A stretch of 63,440 bases of DNA, filler included, from Clostridia bacterium (GCA_030637025.1; 6 parts of 6 records of this genome joined end to end with filler, not necessarily neighbours in it), one strand, 5' to 3'. Positions 10,573 through 21,922 are shown, numbered from the whole stretch's first letter. Notes: generated from the sequence alone by a model not told the origin. Program-made: numbers and translations.

Positions 10573-11904
10573 TTGACCAAATATTTTAATATAATTAAAA
10601 AATTCCTAAAAAAAGATTTATGGGAAATTGAGAATGTTGGGATTTCGGCCTTTAAATCTTTTTTCTATCGGCAAATGCGGATAATTTGTATGGTTTGGAA
10701 GGGTTTTGTCGATGACAATTGTCCCCTTCATGCTTCTGCATTAACTTATACTACTTTACTTTCCATAGTGCCTTTTTTAGCTGTGCTATTTTCTATTTCT
10801 AAAGGATTAGGAATAAAAGTTTTAGAGCCATTACTTTTGAATGAAACCATAACTGGTATAGGCGGAGATGTAATAAAATGGATTGTTTCTCAGGCTAAAG
10901 ATACTAATACTACTGCTTTGGGAGCTTTAGGAGGAGGGGTTCTTATTATAATGGCGGTTAAAATGCTATCCACAGTAGAGAATTCTTTTAATACTATCTG
11001 GGGAGTAAAAAGGTCTCGCAGTATATTTAGAAAAACAAGTGATTATCTTAGCGTATTAATAGTCGGACCTGTTTTAGTCGCTGCGGCAATAGCCATAACG
11101 GCTTCTTTGGAGAATATATCGTTTGCTCAAATAATTTTATCTCAGGGAATAATTAAGCAATTAATAATTCACTTTGTTCCTTTCGTTTCTTTATGGATTG
11201 CCTTTACCGGTGTGTACATTTTTATGCCTAATATAAGGGTTAAGATTCAACATGCATTGATAGGAGGGGTAATAGCGGGAACAATATGGCAAATTGTTCA
11301 ATGGGTTTATATTAATTTTGGAATTGGTGTGGCTAAGTATAATGCTATTTATGGAGGATTTGCTCAATTCCCTTTGTTTCTTATCTGGTTATATATTAGT
11401 TGGTTGATTGTTCTTTTTGGAGCGGAGATTTCTTTTGCCAGTCAGAATGTAAAAACTTATACCCAGGAAAAATGGGCACAATCAGCAAGTTATTCTTTTC
11501 GGGAAGAATTAGTTTTATATTTAATAACTTTGATTTCTGTCAATTTTTATACAGGAAAAACACCCTGGACAGTAGAGAAAATTTCAAAAAAATTAAATGT
11601 TTCCAGCAGGTTGGTTAAAGATCTCCTTTTTCAATTATGTAAAACCGATATTTTGTACGAAGTAAATGGGGATATTACTTATTACCAACCAGCGGCAGCT
11701 TTAGAAAAAATATCTCTGGAAAAAATTTTAAATGCTGTAAAAAATTATGGGGGAAATCCTTTACAAAAAATAAAAATAGAAAATAAACAAGAAAAATATA
11801 TAAAAAAAATAATAAACAATCTTAATCAAGCAACAAAAAATGTTGTAGCCAATGTTACTCTTAGAGATTTAGTTTTAAAAATAGAGGCGGATAAGGAAAA
11901 ATAG
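10573..11904 (+). CDS. YihY/virulence factor BrkB family membrane protein with C-terminal wHTH
   Basis: ASALTYTTLLSIVP, YNAIYGGFAQFPLFLIWLYISWLIVLFGAE. Confidence 0.9.
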   Translation: MTKYFNIIKKFLKKDLWEIENVGISAFKSFFYRQMRIICMVWKGFVDDNCPLHASALTYTTLLSIVPFLAVLFSISKGLGIKVLEPLLLNETITGIGGDVIKWIVSQAKDTNTTALGALGGGVLIIMAVKMLSTVENSFNTIWGVKRSRSIFRKTSDYLSVLIVGPVLVAAAIAITASLENISFAQIILSQGIIKQLIIHFVPFVSLWIAFTGVYIFMPNIRVKIQHALIGGVIAGTIWQIVQWVYINFGIGVAKYNAIYGGFAQFPLFLIWLYISWLIVLFGAEISFASQNVKTYTQEKWAQSASYSFREELVLYLITLISVNFYTGKTPWTVEKISKKLNVSSRLVKDLLFQLCKTDILYEVNGDITYYQPAAALEKISLEKILNAVKNYGGNPLQKIKIENKQEKYIKKIINNLNQATKNVVANVTLRDLVLKIEADKEK

Positions 11905-12040
11905 ACTATATTGGCAGAAGATAATTCTTAATCCACCCAAAAAAAATTATATTTTTTAGATTTTACTTTCGGTAGTTCAAAGAAGGAAATGAATTATTAG
12001 TTTATATAAAAACTGTAAAAAAAATGTAAAAGGGGAGTAA

Positions 12041-13669
12041 ATGTTAAAAAAAATAGAGATTTTAAGTGTAGTGTTTTTAGGGTTATTTCTGTTTGGTTGT
12101 ACGCAAAGAGAGAGAGAGAGGAAAATAAAGTTTGAGGATAAGCCCTGCTATGGGGATATGATTATTAATGCTTCTATTGGAGATGCCAGTTATTTAAATC
12201 CTGTTCTGTCAACGGATTCCTCTTCCGGGACTATAAATGATCTTGTTTATAATGGATTAGTGAAATACGATAAAGATTTAAATTTAGTAGGGGATTTAGC
12301 AAAATCCTGGACGGTTTCGCAAGATAGACTGGTAATTACTTTTTACTTACACCAAAATGTAAAGTGGCATGATGGCGTTTCTTTTACTGCTGATGATGTA
12401 AAATTTACTTATAATAAATTGATTGATCCGGAAGTTAAAACACCTTATTCCTCAAAATTTGAAAAAGTGTCCAAGATTGAAATTGTAGATAAACATACTT
12501 TGAAAGTAACTTATAAAGAACCATTTTCTCCCGGGCTTGCTTCCTGGGTAATGGGGATTATTCCTCGCCATATTTTCCAAAAAGGAGATTTTAATAGCCA
12601 CCCGGCTAATCAACATCCTGTAGGTACCGGGCCTTACATTTTTAAAGACTGGAAAAGAGATGAAAAAATTGTTTTAGAAGCAAATCCTGAATATTTTGAA
12701 GGAAAACCGTATATAAACAAATATATTTATCGTATTATTCCGGACCAGGCAGTAGAATTTTTGGAATTAAAGGCAGGAAATGTTGATATGGTGAGTTTAA
12801 CTCCTCATCAATACAGGAATGAAACTAATTCTTTGCAGTTTCAAGAGGACTTTAATCGTTTTCGATATCCCAGTTTTGGATATACTTATCTGGGATATAA
12901 TCTCTTAAATCCTCTTTTTAAAGATAAACGTATTCGACAAGCAATAGCTTATGCCATAAATAAAGAGGAAATTATTCAGGGGGTGCTTTTAGATTTGGGA
13001 AAACCGGCGACCGGTCCTTTTCCACCCTCTTCCTGGGCCTATAACCCGGAGATAAAACAGTATCCTTATAATCCCGATAAAGCAAAAAAAATTCTGGATG
13101 AAACAGGATGGAAAGATACAAATAATGATGGGATTTTGGATAAAGATGGGAAAAAATTTGAATTTACTATTACCACTAACCATGGTAATAAAACACGGGC
13201 ACTTTGTGCTGAAATTATTCAGGCTAATTTAAAAAAAATAGGGATAAAAATAAATATTCATATTATAGAATGGAGTTCCTTTATTCATCAATATATAGAC
13301 AAGAAGAAATTTGAAGCAACTCTCTTGGGTTGGTCATTATCTCTTGATCCGGATTGTTATAGTATCTGGCATTCCAGCCAAATGAAAGAAGGTAGATATA
13401 ATTTTATTTCTTATAAAAACGAAGAGGTTGATAGCCTTTTAGTAAAGGGAAGAAAAATTTTTGACCAGGAGAAAAGAAAAAAAATTTATCATCGCATCCA
13501 TGCTATTCTTGCGGAAGAACAACCCTATACTTTTTTATATGTAGGAGATTCTTTGCCTGTAGTCCATAACAGATTTTATGGTATAAAGGTTGCTCCTTTG
13601 GGTATTGGATATAATTTTATCAAGTGGTATGTGCCGGAGAAGTTGCATAAATATACCCGATTTAAATAA
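12041..13669 (+). CDS. oppA: Peptide ABC transporter substrate-binding lipoprotein (family 5)
   Basis: Lipobox LFGC; VKWHDGVSFTADDVKFT; PVGTGPY. Confidence 0.92.
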   Translation: MLKKIEILSVVFLGLFLFGCTQRERERKIKFEDKPCYGDMIINASIGDASYLNPVLSTDSSSGTINDLVYNGLVKYDKDLNLVGDLAKSWTVSQDRLVITFYLHQNVKWHDGVSFTADDVKFTYNKLIDPEVKTPYSSKFEKVSKIEIVDKHTLKVTYKEPFSPGLASWVMGIIPRHIFQKGDFNSHPANQHPVGTGPYIFKDWKRDEKIVLEANPEYFEGKPYINKYIYRIIPDQAVEFLELKAGNVDMVSLTPHQYRNETNSLQFQEDFNRFRYPSFGYTYLGYNLLNPLFKDKRIRQAIAYAINKEEIIQGVLLDLGKPATGPFPPSSWAYNPEIKQYPYNPDKAKKILDETGWKDTNNDGILDKDGKKFEFTITTNHGNKTRALCAEIIQANLKKIGIKINIHIIEWSSFIHQYIDKKKFEATLLGWSLSLDPDCYSIWHSSQMKEGRYNFISYKNEEVDSLLVKGRKIFDQEKRKKIYHRIHAILAEEQPYTFLYVGDSLPVVHNRFYGIKVAPLGIGYNFIKWYVPEKLHKYTRFK

Positions 13670-13687
13670 AATAGCAAATTAAAGGGA

Positions 13688-13716
13688 TTGACAAAGAAGG
13701 GGTTTTTTTGTATTAT
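13688..13716 (+). promoter_or_regulatory. Putative sigma70 promoter of glmU-prs-rplY-pth
   Basis: TTGACA-17-TATTAT. Confidence 0.6.
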
Positions 13717-13771
13717 AACACCGCTAAAAGAAAGGCTGTTTTAAATTTGAAGTAAAAAGAAAAAAAATAAC

Positions 13772-14800
13772 ATGGAAAAAGATTTAGCCGTTATTGTTCT
13801 TGCCGCGGGAAAAGGTACGCGTATGAAGTCAGATTTGCCTAAGGTTTTGCACCAATTATGCGGCAGGTCTATGATTGGCTATGTTTTACATGCGATTCAT
13901 AAATTGGGTAGCAAGAAGAATTTTTTGGTAGTAGGGCATAAGAAAGAACAGGTTAAAGAAAAAATTAAAAGGGAATTGCCCTTTTTTTCTGATAAATTTA
14001 CTTTTGTAGTACAAAGAGAACTTTTGGGCTCAGGACACGCGGTACTTCAGACAGAAAAGAACCTTAAAAATTTTAAAGGTTACGTTTTAATAATAAGCGG
14101 GGATATCCCGTTAATCGAGAAAGAAACTTTAATAAGGTTAGTCAACTGTCATAAAAAAGAAAAAAATGCAGCTACTATTCTTACTACCCAAATAGAAGTC
14201 CCTTTTTCTTATGGGAGAATAATCCGTAATAAAGATAATGAAGTAGAGGGAATTATAGAAGAAAAAGAAGCTTCTGTTAGTGAGAAAAAAATAAAAGAAA
14301 TAAACAGTGGAATTTATTGTTTCTCTTCCGGGTTTCTTTTTGATTCTTTGCGTTCAATACGGTGTACTAATAAAAAAGGAGAATATTATCTTACAGATGT
14401 AATAAAAATATTAAAAGAAAAAGGAAAGAAGATTGGGGCTTGTAAAATAGAGGATAAGAAACAGGTTATAGGAATTAATAATAGAATAAGTTTGGCGTGT
14501 GTTCAACGGATAATACAACAAAAAATTTTAGAAAATTTAATGTTGAAAGGTGTAACTATTATTAATCCCCAGGAAACTTATATTGAAGATTCAGTGGAAA
14601 TTGGTAAAGACACAGTTGTTTTTCCTGGTGTAAATATCCAGGGTAACACACGAATTGGGAAAAATTGTTATATAGGTCCTTATACAATAATAAAAGATTC
14701 CTATTTGGAAAATAGCATTAAGGTTCAAATTAGTGTTTTGGAAAAAGCTAAAATTTCTTCTAAAACCATTATACAGCCTTTTTCTTATATAAAAGGTTAA
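13772..14800 (+). CDS. glmU: GlmU-like GlcNAc-1-P uridyltransferase, C-terminally short (342 aa)
   Basis: LAAGKGTRMKSDLPKVLH, EINSGIY, GEYYLTD; only a few hexapeptide repeats before the stop. Confidence 0.9.
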   Translation: MEKDLAVIVLAAGKGTRMKSDLPKVLHQLCGRSMIGYVLHAIHKLGSKKNFLVVGHKKEQVKEKIKRELPFFSDKFTFVVQRELLGSGHAVLQTEKNLKNFKGYVLIISGDIPLIEKETLIRLVNCHKKEKNAATILTTQIEVPFSYGRIIRNKDNEVEGIIEEKEASVSEKKIKEINSGIYCFSSGFLFDSLRSIRCTNKKGEYYLTDVIKILKEKGKKIGACKIEDKKQVIGINNRISLACVQRIIQQKILENLMLKGVTIINPQETYIEDSVEIGKDTVVFPGVNIQGNTRIGKNCYIGPYTIIKDSYLENSIKVQISVLEKAKISSKTIIQPFSYIKG

Positions 14801-14934
14801 TCTTAAAATAATATTAATCTTGCATTTTGTATTCCAGCGTAAAATTACGCTTAATAAATAATTATTGATTACTATTATTAAAATTTGAGTAATATTTTTT
14901 AATAAAAACTAAACGGGTTTTTCGTGGAGATAAA

Positions 14935-15870
14935 ATGAACGGATTAAAAGTTTTTAGTGGGAATGCTAATCTTAAACTTGCTCAGGATATATGTGACTAC
15001 TTAACTGTTCCCTTAGGGCAAGCGCAAGTGACTAAATTTGCAGATGGTGAAATCAATGTACAGATAAACGAGAATATTAGAGGGACGGATTGTTTTATTA
15101 TTCAACCTACCTGCCCTCCGGTAAATGACAATTTGATGGAACTTTTAATTATGATTGATGCTCTTTCCCGTGCTTCGGCGCGGAGAATTACAGCGGTATT
15201 ACCTTATTATGGATATGGACGGCAGGATAGGAAAGTAGAGCCTCGTGTACCCATTACTGCTAAATTAGTAGCTAATTTAATTGTTTCTTCAGGGGTAAGC
15301 CGGTTACTGGTACTGGATTTACATGCAGGACAAATTCAGGGTTTTTTTGATATTCCGGTAGATCACTTGTATTCTACCCCTGTTTTGGTTAAATATTTTA
15401 AGAAAAAAAATATTCCGGATATAGTTGTTGTTTCTCCTGATGCGGGTGGGGTAGAGAGAGCACGGGCTTTTGCTAAAAGATTAGAAGCGGACCTGGCTGT
15501 TGGGGATAAAAGAAGATCGGGGCCTAATCAGGTTGCTACGATGAATATCATTGGAAATGTGGAAGGAAAAAATGCTATTATCTTTGATGATATGATAGAT
15601 ACTGCCGGTAGTTTGATTAAAGTGGTTGAAGCTCTAAAAAGGGAAAAGGTGTTAAATGTTTATGCGGTAGCAACCCATCCTGTTTTATCAGGGACGGCAA
15701 TTGAAAGAATAAATAATTCGGCAATAAAAAAATTAATTGTTACGGATTCTATTATTTTGTCTGATGAAAAGAAAACAAATAAAATAAAAGTTCTTTCTGT
15801 CGCAGAATTATTGGGAGAGGCAATAGCACGTATTAATAAAGAAGAATCGGTAAGTACTTTGTTTATATAA
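14935..15870 (+). CDS. prs: Ribose-phosphate pyrophosphokinase
   Basis: DLHAGQIQGFF, VVSPDAGG, DDMIDTAGS. Confidence 0.98.
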   Translation: MNGLKVFSGNANLKLAQDICDYLTVPLGQAQVTKFADGEINVQINENIRGTDCFIIQPTCPPVNDNLMELLIMIDALSRASARRITAVLPYYGYGRQDRKVEPRVPITAKLVANLIVSSGVSRLLVLDLHAGQIQGFFDIPVDHLYSTPVLVKYFKKKNIPDIVVVSPDAGGVERARAFAKRLEADLAVGDKRRSGPNQVATMNIIGNVEGKNAIIFDDMIDTAGSLIKVVEALKREKVLNVYAVATHPVLSGTAIERINNSAIKKLIVTDSIILSDEKKTNKIKVLSVAELLGEAIARINKEESVSTLFI

Positions 15871-15917
15871 GAAAAAATAAAATATTATATACTCGGATAA
15901 ACTACGGAGGAGAGGAT

Positions 15918-16598
15918 ATGCAAAAAGAAATGTTTTTGAATGCAGAGAAAAGACCGGAAATGACTAAAGGAGAAATAAACAAATTGCGTTCGCAGGGTAA
16001 ATTGCCGGCGGTGTTATATGGCAGCGGACAAAAAACTGTTTCCCTGATAGTAGATGAGAAGGAATTTAGAAAAATTATGCATACGGATTTAGGGGAAAAT
16101 ATTGTTATTAATTTAAAAGTAGAAGGGGAGAAAAAAAATAATCATTCGGTTATTGTAAAGGAATGGCAAATAGATTCGATAAAAAGGGATTTATTACATG
16201 TTGATTTTTGTCAAATTTCTTTAAAGAAAGAAATTATAGTAAATGTTATGATAGAGACAAAAGGGGAAGCTCCGGGAGTGAAGGAAAAAGGCGGAGTTTT
16301 AGAACATATCTTAAGAGAGTTAGAAGTCAAGTGTTTGCCTGCTAAAATCCCTCACTCTATCATAGTAGATATATCTAATCTTCAAATAGGCGAAAATATT
16401 TTAGTAAAAGATATTGTTGTTCCTGAAGGGTTAAAAATATTAAACGACCTGGGACAAATTGCTGTTAATATAGTAGCTCCTACTATCCTCGAAGAAAAAC
16501 CTGCTGAAGTTTTATCTTCTGAAGCTGCAGAGCCGGAAGTAATCAGTAAAGGAAAGAAAGAGGAAGAGGGGATAGAAAAGGAAGAAAAAAAGGGGTAA
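15918..16598 (+). CDS. rplY: 50S ribosomal protein L25/Ctc
   Basis: LRSQGKLPAVLYG, HVDF; lies between prs and pth. Confidence 0.96.
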   Translation: MQKEMFLNAEKRPEMTKGEINKLRSQGKLPAVLYGSGQKTVSLIVDEKEFRKIMHTDLGENIVINLKVEGEKKNNHSVIVKEWQIDSIKRDLLHVDFCQISLKKEIIVNVMIETKGEAPGVKEKGGVLEHILRELEVKCLPAKIPHSIIVDISNLQIGENILVKDIVVPEGLKILNDLGQIAVNIVAPTILEEKPAEVLSSEAAEPEVISKGKKEEEGIEKEEKKG

Positions 16599-16605
16599 TT
16601 TATAG

Positions 16606-17184
16606 GTGAAATTAGTTGTAGGCTTAGGAAATCCAGGACGAAAATATCAAAAAACGAGACATAATCTTGGGTTTTTGGTTATAGATGCTTTAGCTAAAGA
16701 GTTTAAAGTAAAATTGAATAAAATTAAATATGATTCGTTGTTTGGAGAAGGATGGATGGATGAGGCGGTTATTTTAGCTGAGCCAATGACTTTTATGAAT
16801 TTAAGTGGTAAATCAGTAAGTAAGTTGATAAAAAAATATAAAGTTGATTTGAAAGATACGATAGTTATTTATGATGATTTAAATTTGGATTTAGGTGTTT
16901 TAAAAATAAAGAAAAGTGGTTCGAGTGGTGGACATAACGGAATAAAATCAATCATTGAACATTTGCAGGTTAATTGTTTTCCTCGAATGCGGCTGGGAAT
17001 AGGAAGACCCAATGAAATGATGGATTTATCAGGTTATGTCCTTTCTAATTTTAAAAAAGAAGAAAATGAAAAAGTGAGTAAAATGGTATCGGAAAGCGTG
17101 AATGCTCTTAAAATGATCTTTAAAGATGGAATAGATAAAGCTATGACTACTTATAATAAGAAATTAATTAAAGATAAAACTTAA
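16606..17184 (+). CDS. pth: Peptidyl-tRNA hydrolase
   Basis: GLGNPGRKYQKTRHNLGF, GGHNGIKS. Confidence 0.98.
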   Translation: MKLVVGLGNPGRKYQKTRHNLGFLVIDALAKEFKVKLNKIKYDSLFGEGWMDEAVILAEPMTFMNLSGKSVSKLIKKYKVDLKDTIVIYDDLNLDLGVLKIKKSGSSGGHNGIKSIIEHLQVNCFPRMRLGIGRPNEMMDLSGYVLSNFKKEENEKVSKMVSESVNALKMIFKDGIDKAMTTYNKKLIKDKT

Positions 17185-17195
17185 GAAATTATAAA

Positions 17196-18674
17196 ATGGA
17201 AAAAAAGTGGTTAATAATATTACTGATTATAATCTGTGTAGGAAGTTTTTTAAGAATTTATAAATTAAGTAATCAAAGTTTTTGGATTGATGAAGCAGCA
17301 GCAATTCAGAAATCAAGTAAACTTCCTTCTTTAGATAATTTTAAATCTTGGGTGATACCCTGGATGTCTCCCCCCTTTTATAATTTACTACTTCATTTTT
17401 GGATAATCTTGTTTGGAGAAAGTGAATTTGCTGTAAGGTCACTATCAGTTATTTTTGGAATATTAACAATTCTAGTTGTTTACTTTGTGGGCGCAGATTT
17501 GTTTAATAAAAGAACAGCTTTATTTAGTAGTTTGATACTTGCTATTTCTCCGTTTCATATTGCTTTTTCCCAGGATGTAAAGATGTATGCTCTACTGTCT
17601 TTTTTGGGTATACTTTCTGTTTATTTTTTCTACAAAACACTTTTTAGTAAAAAAAAAAATTACTGGTTGATTTATTTTTTTGTTACTACATTGATGCTTT
17701 ATACTCACAACTGGGCTATTTTTTTGTTTATTGCAGAGAATATATTTTTCCTCCTTGTTAGAAAACATACAACTAATACTAAAAAATATTTGTTGAGCCA
17801 ATTATTTATTGTTTTATGTTATATTCCCTGGTTACCAATTTTATTTAATCAAATTATAAATTCAAAAATTCATGTTTTTCTTCCCCTGAGTGATATTTAT
17901 GCTATTTGGGCAATATTGGCGATTTATTGTGGAAAAGTCATTCGGATCGGAGAAAGTCTTTATGATGTAGGTCCGTTTCCTTCGGTAATAGGTATTAGTT
18001 TATATGGCTTGTTATTTTTTTTGGGATTATCAATAAAGGGACAAGAAAAGGTTAATAAATATTATTTTTGGAAATCAAGAGAAATTCTATTACTGGTTTG
18101 TTCCTTTTTTTTAACTATAAGTATTCCTTTTTTAATTAGTTTTAAACTTCCGATGTTTTGCACGAGGTATACTATTATAGTTTTCCCGTTATTTTGTCTT
18201 TTTATTGGAAAGGGCATAACCGGAATTAGGTCTTTTAAATTACAGGCTTTAATAATTTTAATATTAGTTTTTATTGCATCTTTTACATTGAGTAAATATT
18301 ATTATAGCTTTGTAAAGTCTTATGATCGGGAGCTAACTAATTATGTTAGGCAAAACGTAGAAGAAAATGATTTTATAGTAATTGCCCCAAATTGGATTGG
18401 TGCAACTTTTGAGCAGTATTATAAAAATTATTCCCGGGATAAAGTTGAAATAGAAAAAATAGTAAATCCTTCGCGCTCGAAAGCAATCCGCCTTCTGCGT
18501 AAAATAAAAAACACTAAAAAACTTAATAAATCGAATAAACTGATTCTTTTATATTCTTATAAAATTCCCAATATTGAACTTAAAGAATTTAAGAAATATT
18601 TAGATAATAATCTTTGGTTATTTAGTGAAACAGGTTTTAGAAATAAGAAAGTAATTTTTTATAAATACAAATAA
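17196..18674 (+). CDS. GT-C (ArnT/PMT-like) membrane glycosyltransferase
   Basis: SFWIDEA, PPFY.LLLHFW, FGESEFAVRSLS, multi-TM. Confidence 0.85.
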   Translation: MEKKWLIILLIIICVGSFLRIYKLSNQSFWIDEAAAIQKSSKLPSLDNFKSWVIPWMSPPFYNLLLHFWIILFGESEFAVRSLSVIFGILTILVVYFVGADLFNKRTALFSSLILAISPFHIAFSQDVKMYALLSFLGILSVYFFYKTLFSKKKNYWLIYFFVTTLMLYTHNWAIFLFIAENIFFLLVRKHTTNTKKYLLSQLFIVLCYIPWLPILFNQIINSKIHVFLPLSDIYAIWAILAIYCGKVIRIGESLYDVGPFPSVIGISLYGLLFFLGLSIKGQEKVNKYYFWKSREILLLVCSFFLTISIPFLISFKLPMFCTRYTIIVFPLFCLFIGKGITGIRSFKLQALIILILVFIASFTLSKYYYSFVKSYDRELTNYVRQNVEENDFIVIAPNWIGATFEQYYKNYSRDKVEIEKIVNPSRSKAIRLLRKIKNTKKLNKSNKLILLYSYKIPNIELKEFKKYLDNNLWLFSETGFRNKKVIFYKYK

Positions 18675-18716
18675 AAGACAAATATATTTTTTAATAGTAG
18701 AGGTGTAATGTAAATT

Positions 18717-19688
18717 ATGTTTTCATATTTTATTCGCAGGATCTTTGCGATGATACCTTTAATAATAGGAATTAGCCTGGTAAGTTTTGTTGTTTTGCAT
18801 CTTGCTCCGGGCAGTCCGGTTGATTCGGTAGCTGGTATGAATATTGATGTTTCTGCGGATAGTAAGGCGCGGTTATATAGTTTATACGGTTTAGATAAAC
18901 CCTGGTATAGTCAATATTTTAATTGGCTAAAAAGAGTAATTTTTCTGGATTTTGGAAATTCTTTCAAAGATGGCAGAAAAGTAATAGTAAAAATATTAGA
19001 GCGTTTACCGGCTACTTTATTGTTAAATATTCTTTCATTATTTTTAATATTCTTTATTGCTTTACCCATTGGTATTAAATCAGCAGTAAAGCAAGATTCT
19101 TTTTTTGATAAAGGAATGACTGTTTTTACTTTTGTAGGTTTTTCGATTCCTACTTTTTGGTTAGCCTTGTTGCTTATGGTTTTATTTGGAGTAAAATTAG
19201 GATGGCTGCCTATTTCCGGAATGCATTCCTTAAACTATGAAAATTTTTCTCTTTCAGAAAAAATCTGGGATTTAATTAAACACTTAATATTACCTGTTTT
19301 TTGTTCGGCTTTCGGTGGTTTAGCTTCCCTGTCTCGTTATTCCCGTTATACAATGTTGGAAGTAATCAGGCAGAATTATATAAGGACAGCGAGAGCTAAA
19401 GGGTTACCGGAAAAAGAAGTCATATACAAACACGCTTTGCGTAATGCTCTCATACCAATAATTAGTTTGTTGGGATTGTCTTTGCCGGGTTTAATAGGTG
19501 GAGGATTTATCTTTGAGATTATTTTTGCCTGGCCGGGAATGGGCAGATTGGGATATAAGGCGATTATGTCTTACGATTATCCTGTAATTATGGGGGTAGG
19601 AATTATTACGGCCTTTTTAACTCTGTTAGGAAATTTGATTGCTGATTTTATTTATCTTTGTGTTGATCCGAGAGTGAAGTATAAATAA
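18717..19688 (+). CDS. oppB: Peptide ABC transporter permease
   Basis: [13 protein letters not shown] loop, HALRNA. Confidence 0.95.
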   Translation: MFSYFIRRIFAMIPLIIGISLVSFVVLHLAPGSPVDSVAGMNIDVSADSKARLYSLYGLDKPWYSQYFNWLKRVIFLDFGNSFKDGRKVIVKILERLPATLLLNILSLFLIFFIALPIGIKSAVKQDSFFDKGMTVFTFVGFSIPTFWLALLLMVLFGVKLGWLPISGMHSLNYENFSLSEKIWDLIKHLILPVFCSAFGGLASLSRYSRYTMLEVIRQNYIRTARAKGLPEKEVIYKHALRNALIPIISLLGLSLPGLIGGGFIFEIIFAWPGMGRLGYKAIMSYDYPVIMGVGIITAFLTLLGNLIADFIYLCVDPRVKYK

Positions 19689-19719
19689 TATGTAGAGGTA
19701 AAAATGTTGGGAGAAAAAA

Positions 19720-20562
19720 ATGTTCAAAATTTTCTGGGAAAGATTTAAACACAATAAATTAGCTTTTTGGGGTTTTGTAATCATTTTGCTTTTGACTTTT
19801 CAGGCTTGTTTGGTTCCTTTTATTGCTCCTTATAATCCTGCCCAGCAGAATATCTCTAATCGCTTGTCTCCTCCTTCCTGTAAACATCTTTTGGGAACGG
19901 ATGAACTGGGAAGAGATGTTTTTTCCCGAATTCTTTACGGTACGAGAATTTCTTTATCAGTGGGGTTTGTTGCTGTGGGGGTAGCTGTTTTGGTTGGAAC
20001 GCTATTGGGTCTTTGGGCCGGGTTTTTTGGTGGTTGGGTGGATAGTTTAATTATGCGTTTGGTAGATGTAATGCTTTGTTTTCCTACATTTTTTTTAATT
20101 TTAATGGTAATTGCTTTTCTGTCACCTAATATATTTACTATAATGTTAGTTATCGGTTTAACTTCCTGGCCGGGATTAGCCCGAATGGTAAGGGGAGAAT
20201 GTTTATCAATGAGAGAGAGAGAGTTTATTCAGGCTGCAAAACTAGTGGGGCTGAAGAATAATCGTATTATTTTTGTTCACCTTCTTCCCAATGTGCTTAC
20301 GCCTATACTTGTTACTGCAACTTTCGGGATAGGTAGTGCTATACTTACCGAATCCGCTTTATCTTTTTTAGGTTTAGGAGTACAACCGCCTACACCTAGC
20401 TGGGGAAACATATTAACCGCTGGAAAAGATTATATTCATACTGCATGGTGGCTTTCTTTTTTCCCGGGTGTGGCTATTTTAATAACTGTTTTGGCTTATA
20501 ATCTTTTAGGAGAAGGATTACGGGATATTTTAGACCCTAAAATGGGTGATAAAAATGAGTGA
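19720..20562 (+). CDS. oppC: Peptide ABC transporter permease
   Basis: HLLGTDELGRD, ESALSFLGLG. Confidence 0.95.
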   Translation: MFKIFWERFKHNKLAFWGFVIILLLTFQACLVPFIAPYNPAQQNISNRLSPPSCKHLLGTDELGRDVFSRILYGTRISLSVGFVAVGVAVLVGTLLGLWAGFFGGWVDSLIMRLVDVMLCFPTFFLILMVIAFLSPNIFTIMLVIGLTSWPGLARMVRGECLSMREREFIQAAKLVGLKNNRIIFVHLLPNVLTPILVTATFGIGSAILTESALSFLGLGVQPPTPSWGNILTAGKDYIHTAWWLSFFPGVAILITVLAYNLLGEGLRDILDPKMGDKNE

Positions 20563-21583
20563 GATATTAGAAATAAAACATCTTTTTGTAGAATATTATA
20601 AAAGAAGAAAAATTGTTTCTGCCCTCAGAGATGTTTGTTTAACTTTAAAAAAACAAGAAATATTAGGTATCGTAGGAGAATCAGGATGTGGAAAGACTAC
20701 CCTTGCTTTATCCGTATTAAAACTTATTTTACCTGTTGAGGGGGAAATAACAAAAGGGGAAATAATCTTTCATGGATATGAAATGTGGGAAGAAAAATAT
20801 TTTAAAAACAAAAATATTATTACTATGAATAATAATTCTCTTCGAGAAATTCGAGGAGGAGGAATTGGTATGATTTTTCAAGACCCTTTTACTTCATTTA
20901 ATCCTGTTTTGACCATTGGAGAACAGATTTATGAATCTCTTGCACTTCATCGGGCAGGGAAGGATTTAAATACTTATTCCCGGATACATGAAGAGGCAAT
21001 AAATTCGCTTAAACGAGCAATGATTGCTTCTCCCGAACGGGTGATGAACTCTTATCCCCATCAATTAAGCGGGGGAATGCTTCAACGGGCAATGATTGCC
21101 ATGGCTATATCCTGTCGGCCTAAAATTTTGATTGCTGATGAACCGACGACTGCCTTAGATGTAACTTTGCAAAAAGAAATACTGGAATTGTTAAAAAAAT
21201 TGCAGCAAGAATTATACATGTCTTTAATTTTAATTACCCATAATTTGGCTATTGTAGCAGAAATTTGTACCAGGATAGTAGTAATGTATGCCGGAGAAAT
21301 TATTGAGGAAGCCAGTTCAGAAGAAATTTTTTGCCGGGCTCTTCATCCATATACAATAGGGTTATTAGGAGCCTTGCCTTCTTTAAAACCGGAAGCCAAG
21401 CGATTAAGTATTATTCCGGGAAATATTCCGGATTTAATTGATTTGCCTGTTGGGTGTAAATTTTATCCTCGTTGTAATAGGTCGGTGGATAGCTGTCTGG
21501 AAGAAATAGAAATGAAAGAGGTAAGTAAAGGGCATTTTGTGAGGTGTTGCAGAGTTAAAGAAAAGGTTGATGTATTCTATTAA
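20546..21583 (+). CDS. oppD: Peptide ABC transporter ATPase
   Basis: GESGCGKT, YPHQLSGG, C-terminal Cys cluster. Confidence 0.95.
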   Translation: MIKMSEILEIKHLFVEYYKRRKIVSALRDVCLTLKKQEILGIVGESGCGKTTLALSVLKLILPVEGEITKGEIIFHGYEMWEEKYFKNKNIITMNNNSLREIRGGGIGMIFQDPFTSFNPVLTIGEQIYESLALHRAGKDLNTYSRIHEEAINSLKRAMIASPERVMNSYPHQLSGGMLQRAMIAMAISCRPKILIADEPTTALDVTLQKEILELLKKLQQELYMSLILITHNLAIVAEICTRIVVMYAGEIIEEASSEEIFCRALHPYTIGLLGALPSLKPEAKRLSIIPGNIPDLIDLPVGCKFYPRCNRSVDSCLEEIEMKEVSKGHFVRCCRVKEKVDVFY

Positions 21584-21636
21584 TTTTTAGGTCTTTGGTT
21601 AATAATCGGGGAGTATTAAGGTGGTTTAATAAAGCC

Positions 21637-21893
21637 AAAATATATTTTTCTCTAAACGCGTAATTTTACCCTATGGGCACGCAAAAAAAATAGTCCATAG
21701 TCCACAGTCGATAGTCCATAGACAAAAACAAAAGATAAAGACAGGCACAAAGGCATCAAGGCACAGAGGCACAAAGTTAAAAGATAAAAACAAATAATAA
21801 AGGTAAAATATGTTTTTCTCTAAACGCGTAATTTTACCCTGCGGGCACGCAAAAAAAATAGTACATAGTTCACAGTCGATAGTTCATAGACAA
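21637..21893. repeat. Two 89-bp direct repeats with 7-mer and 8-mer microarrays
   Basis: 21637-21725 vs 21805-21893 (about 6 mismatches); ATAGTCC-type x4-5; AGGCACAA-type x4 at 21743-21774. Confidence 0.9.
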
Positions 21894-21922
21894 CGGAAAA
21901 AAGACAACAGATGAGAATTAAT

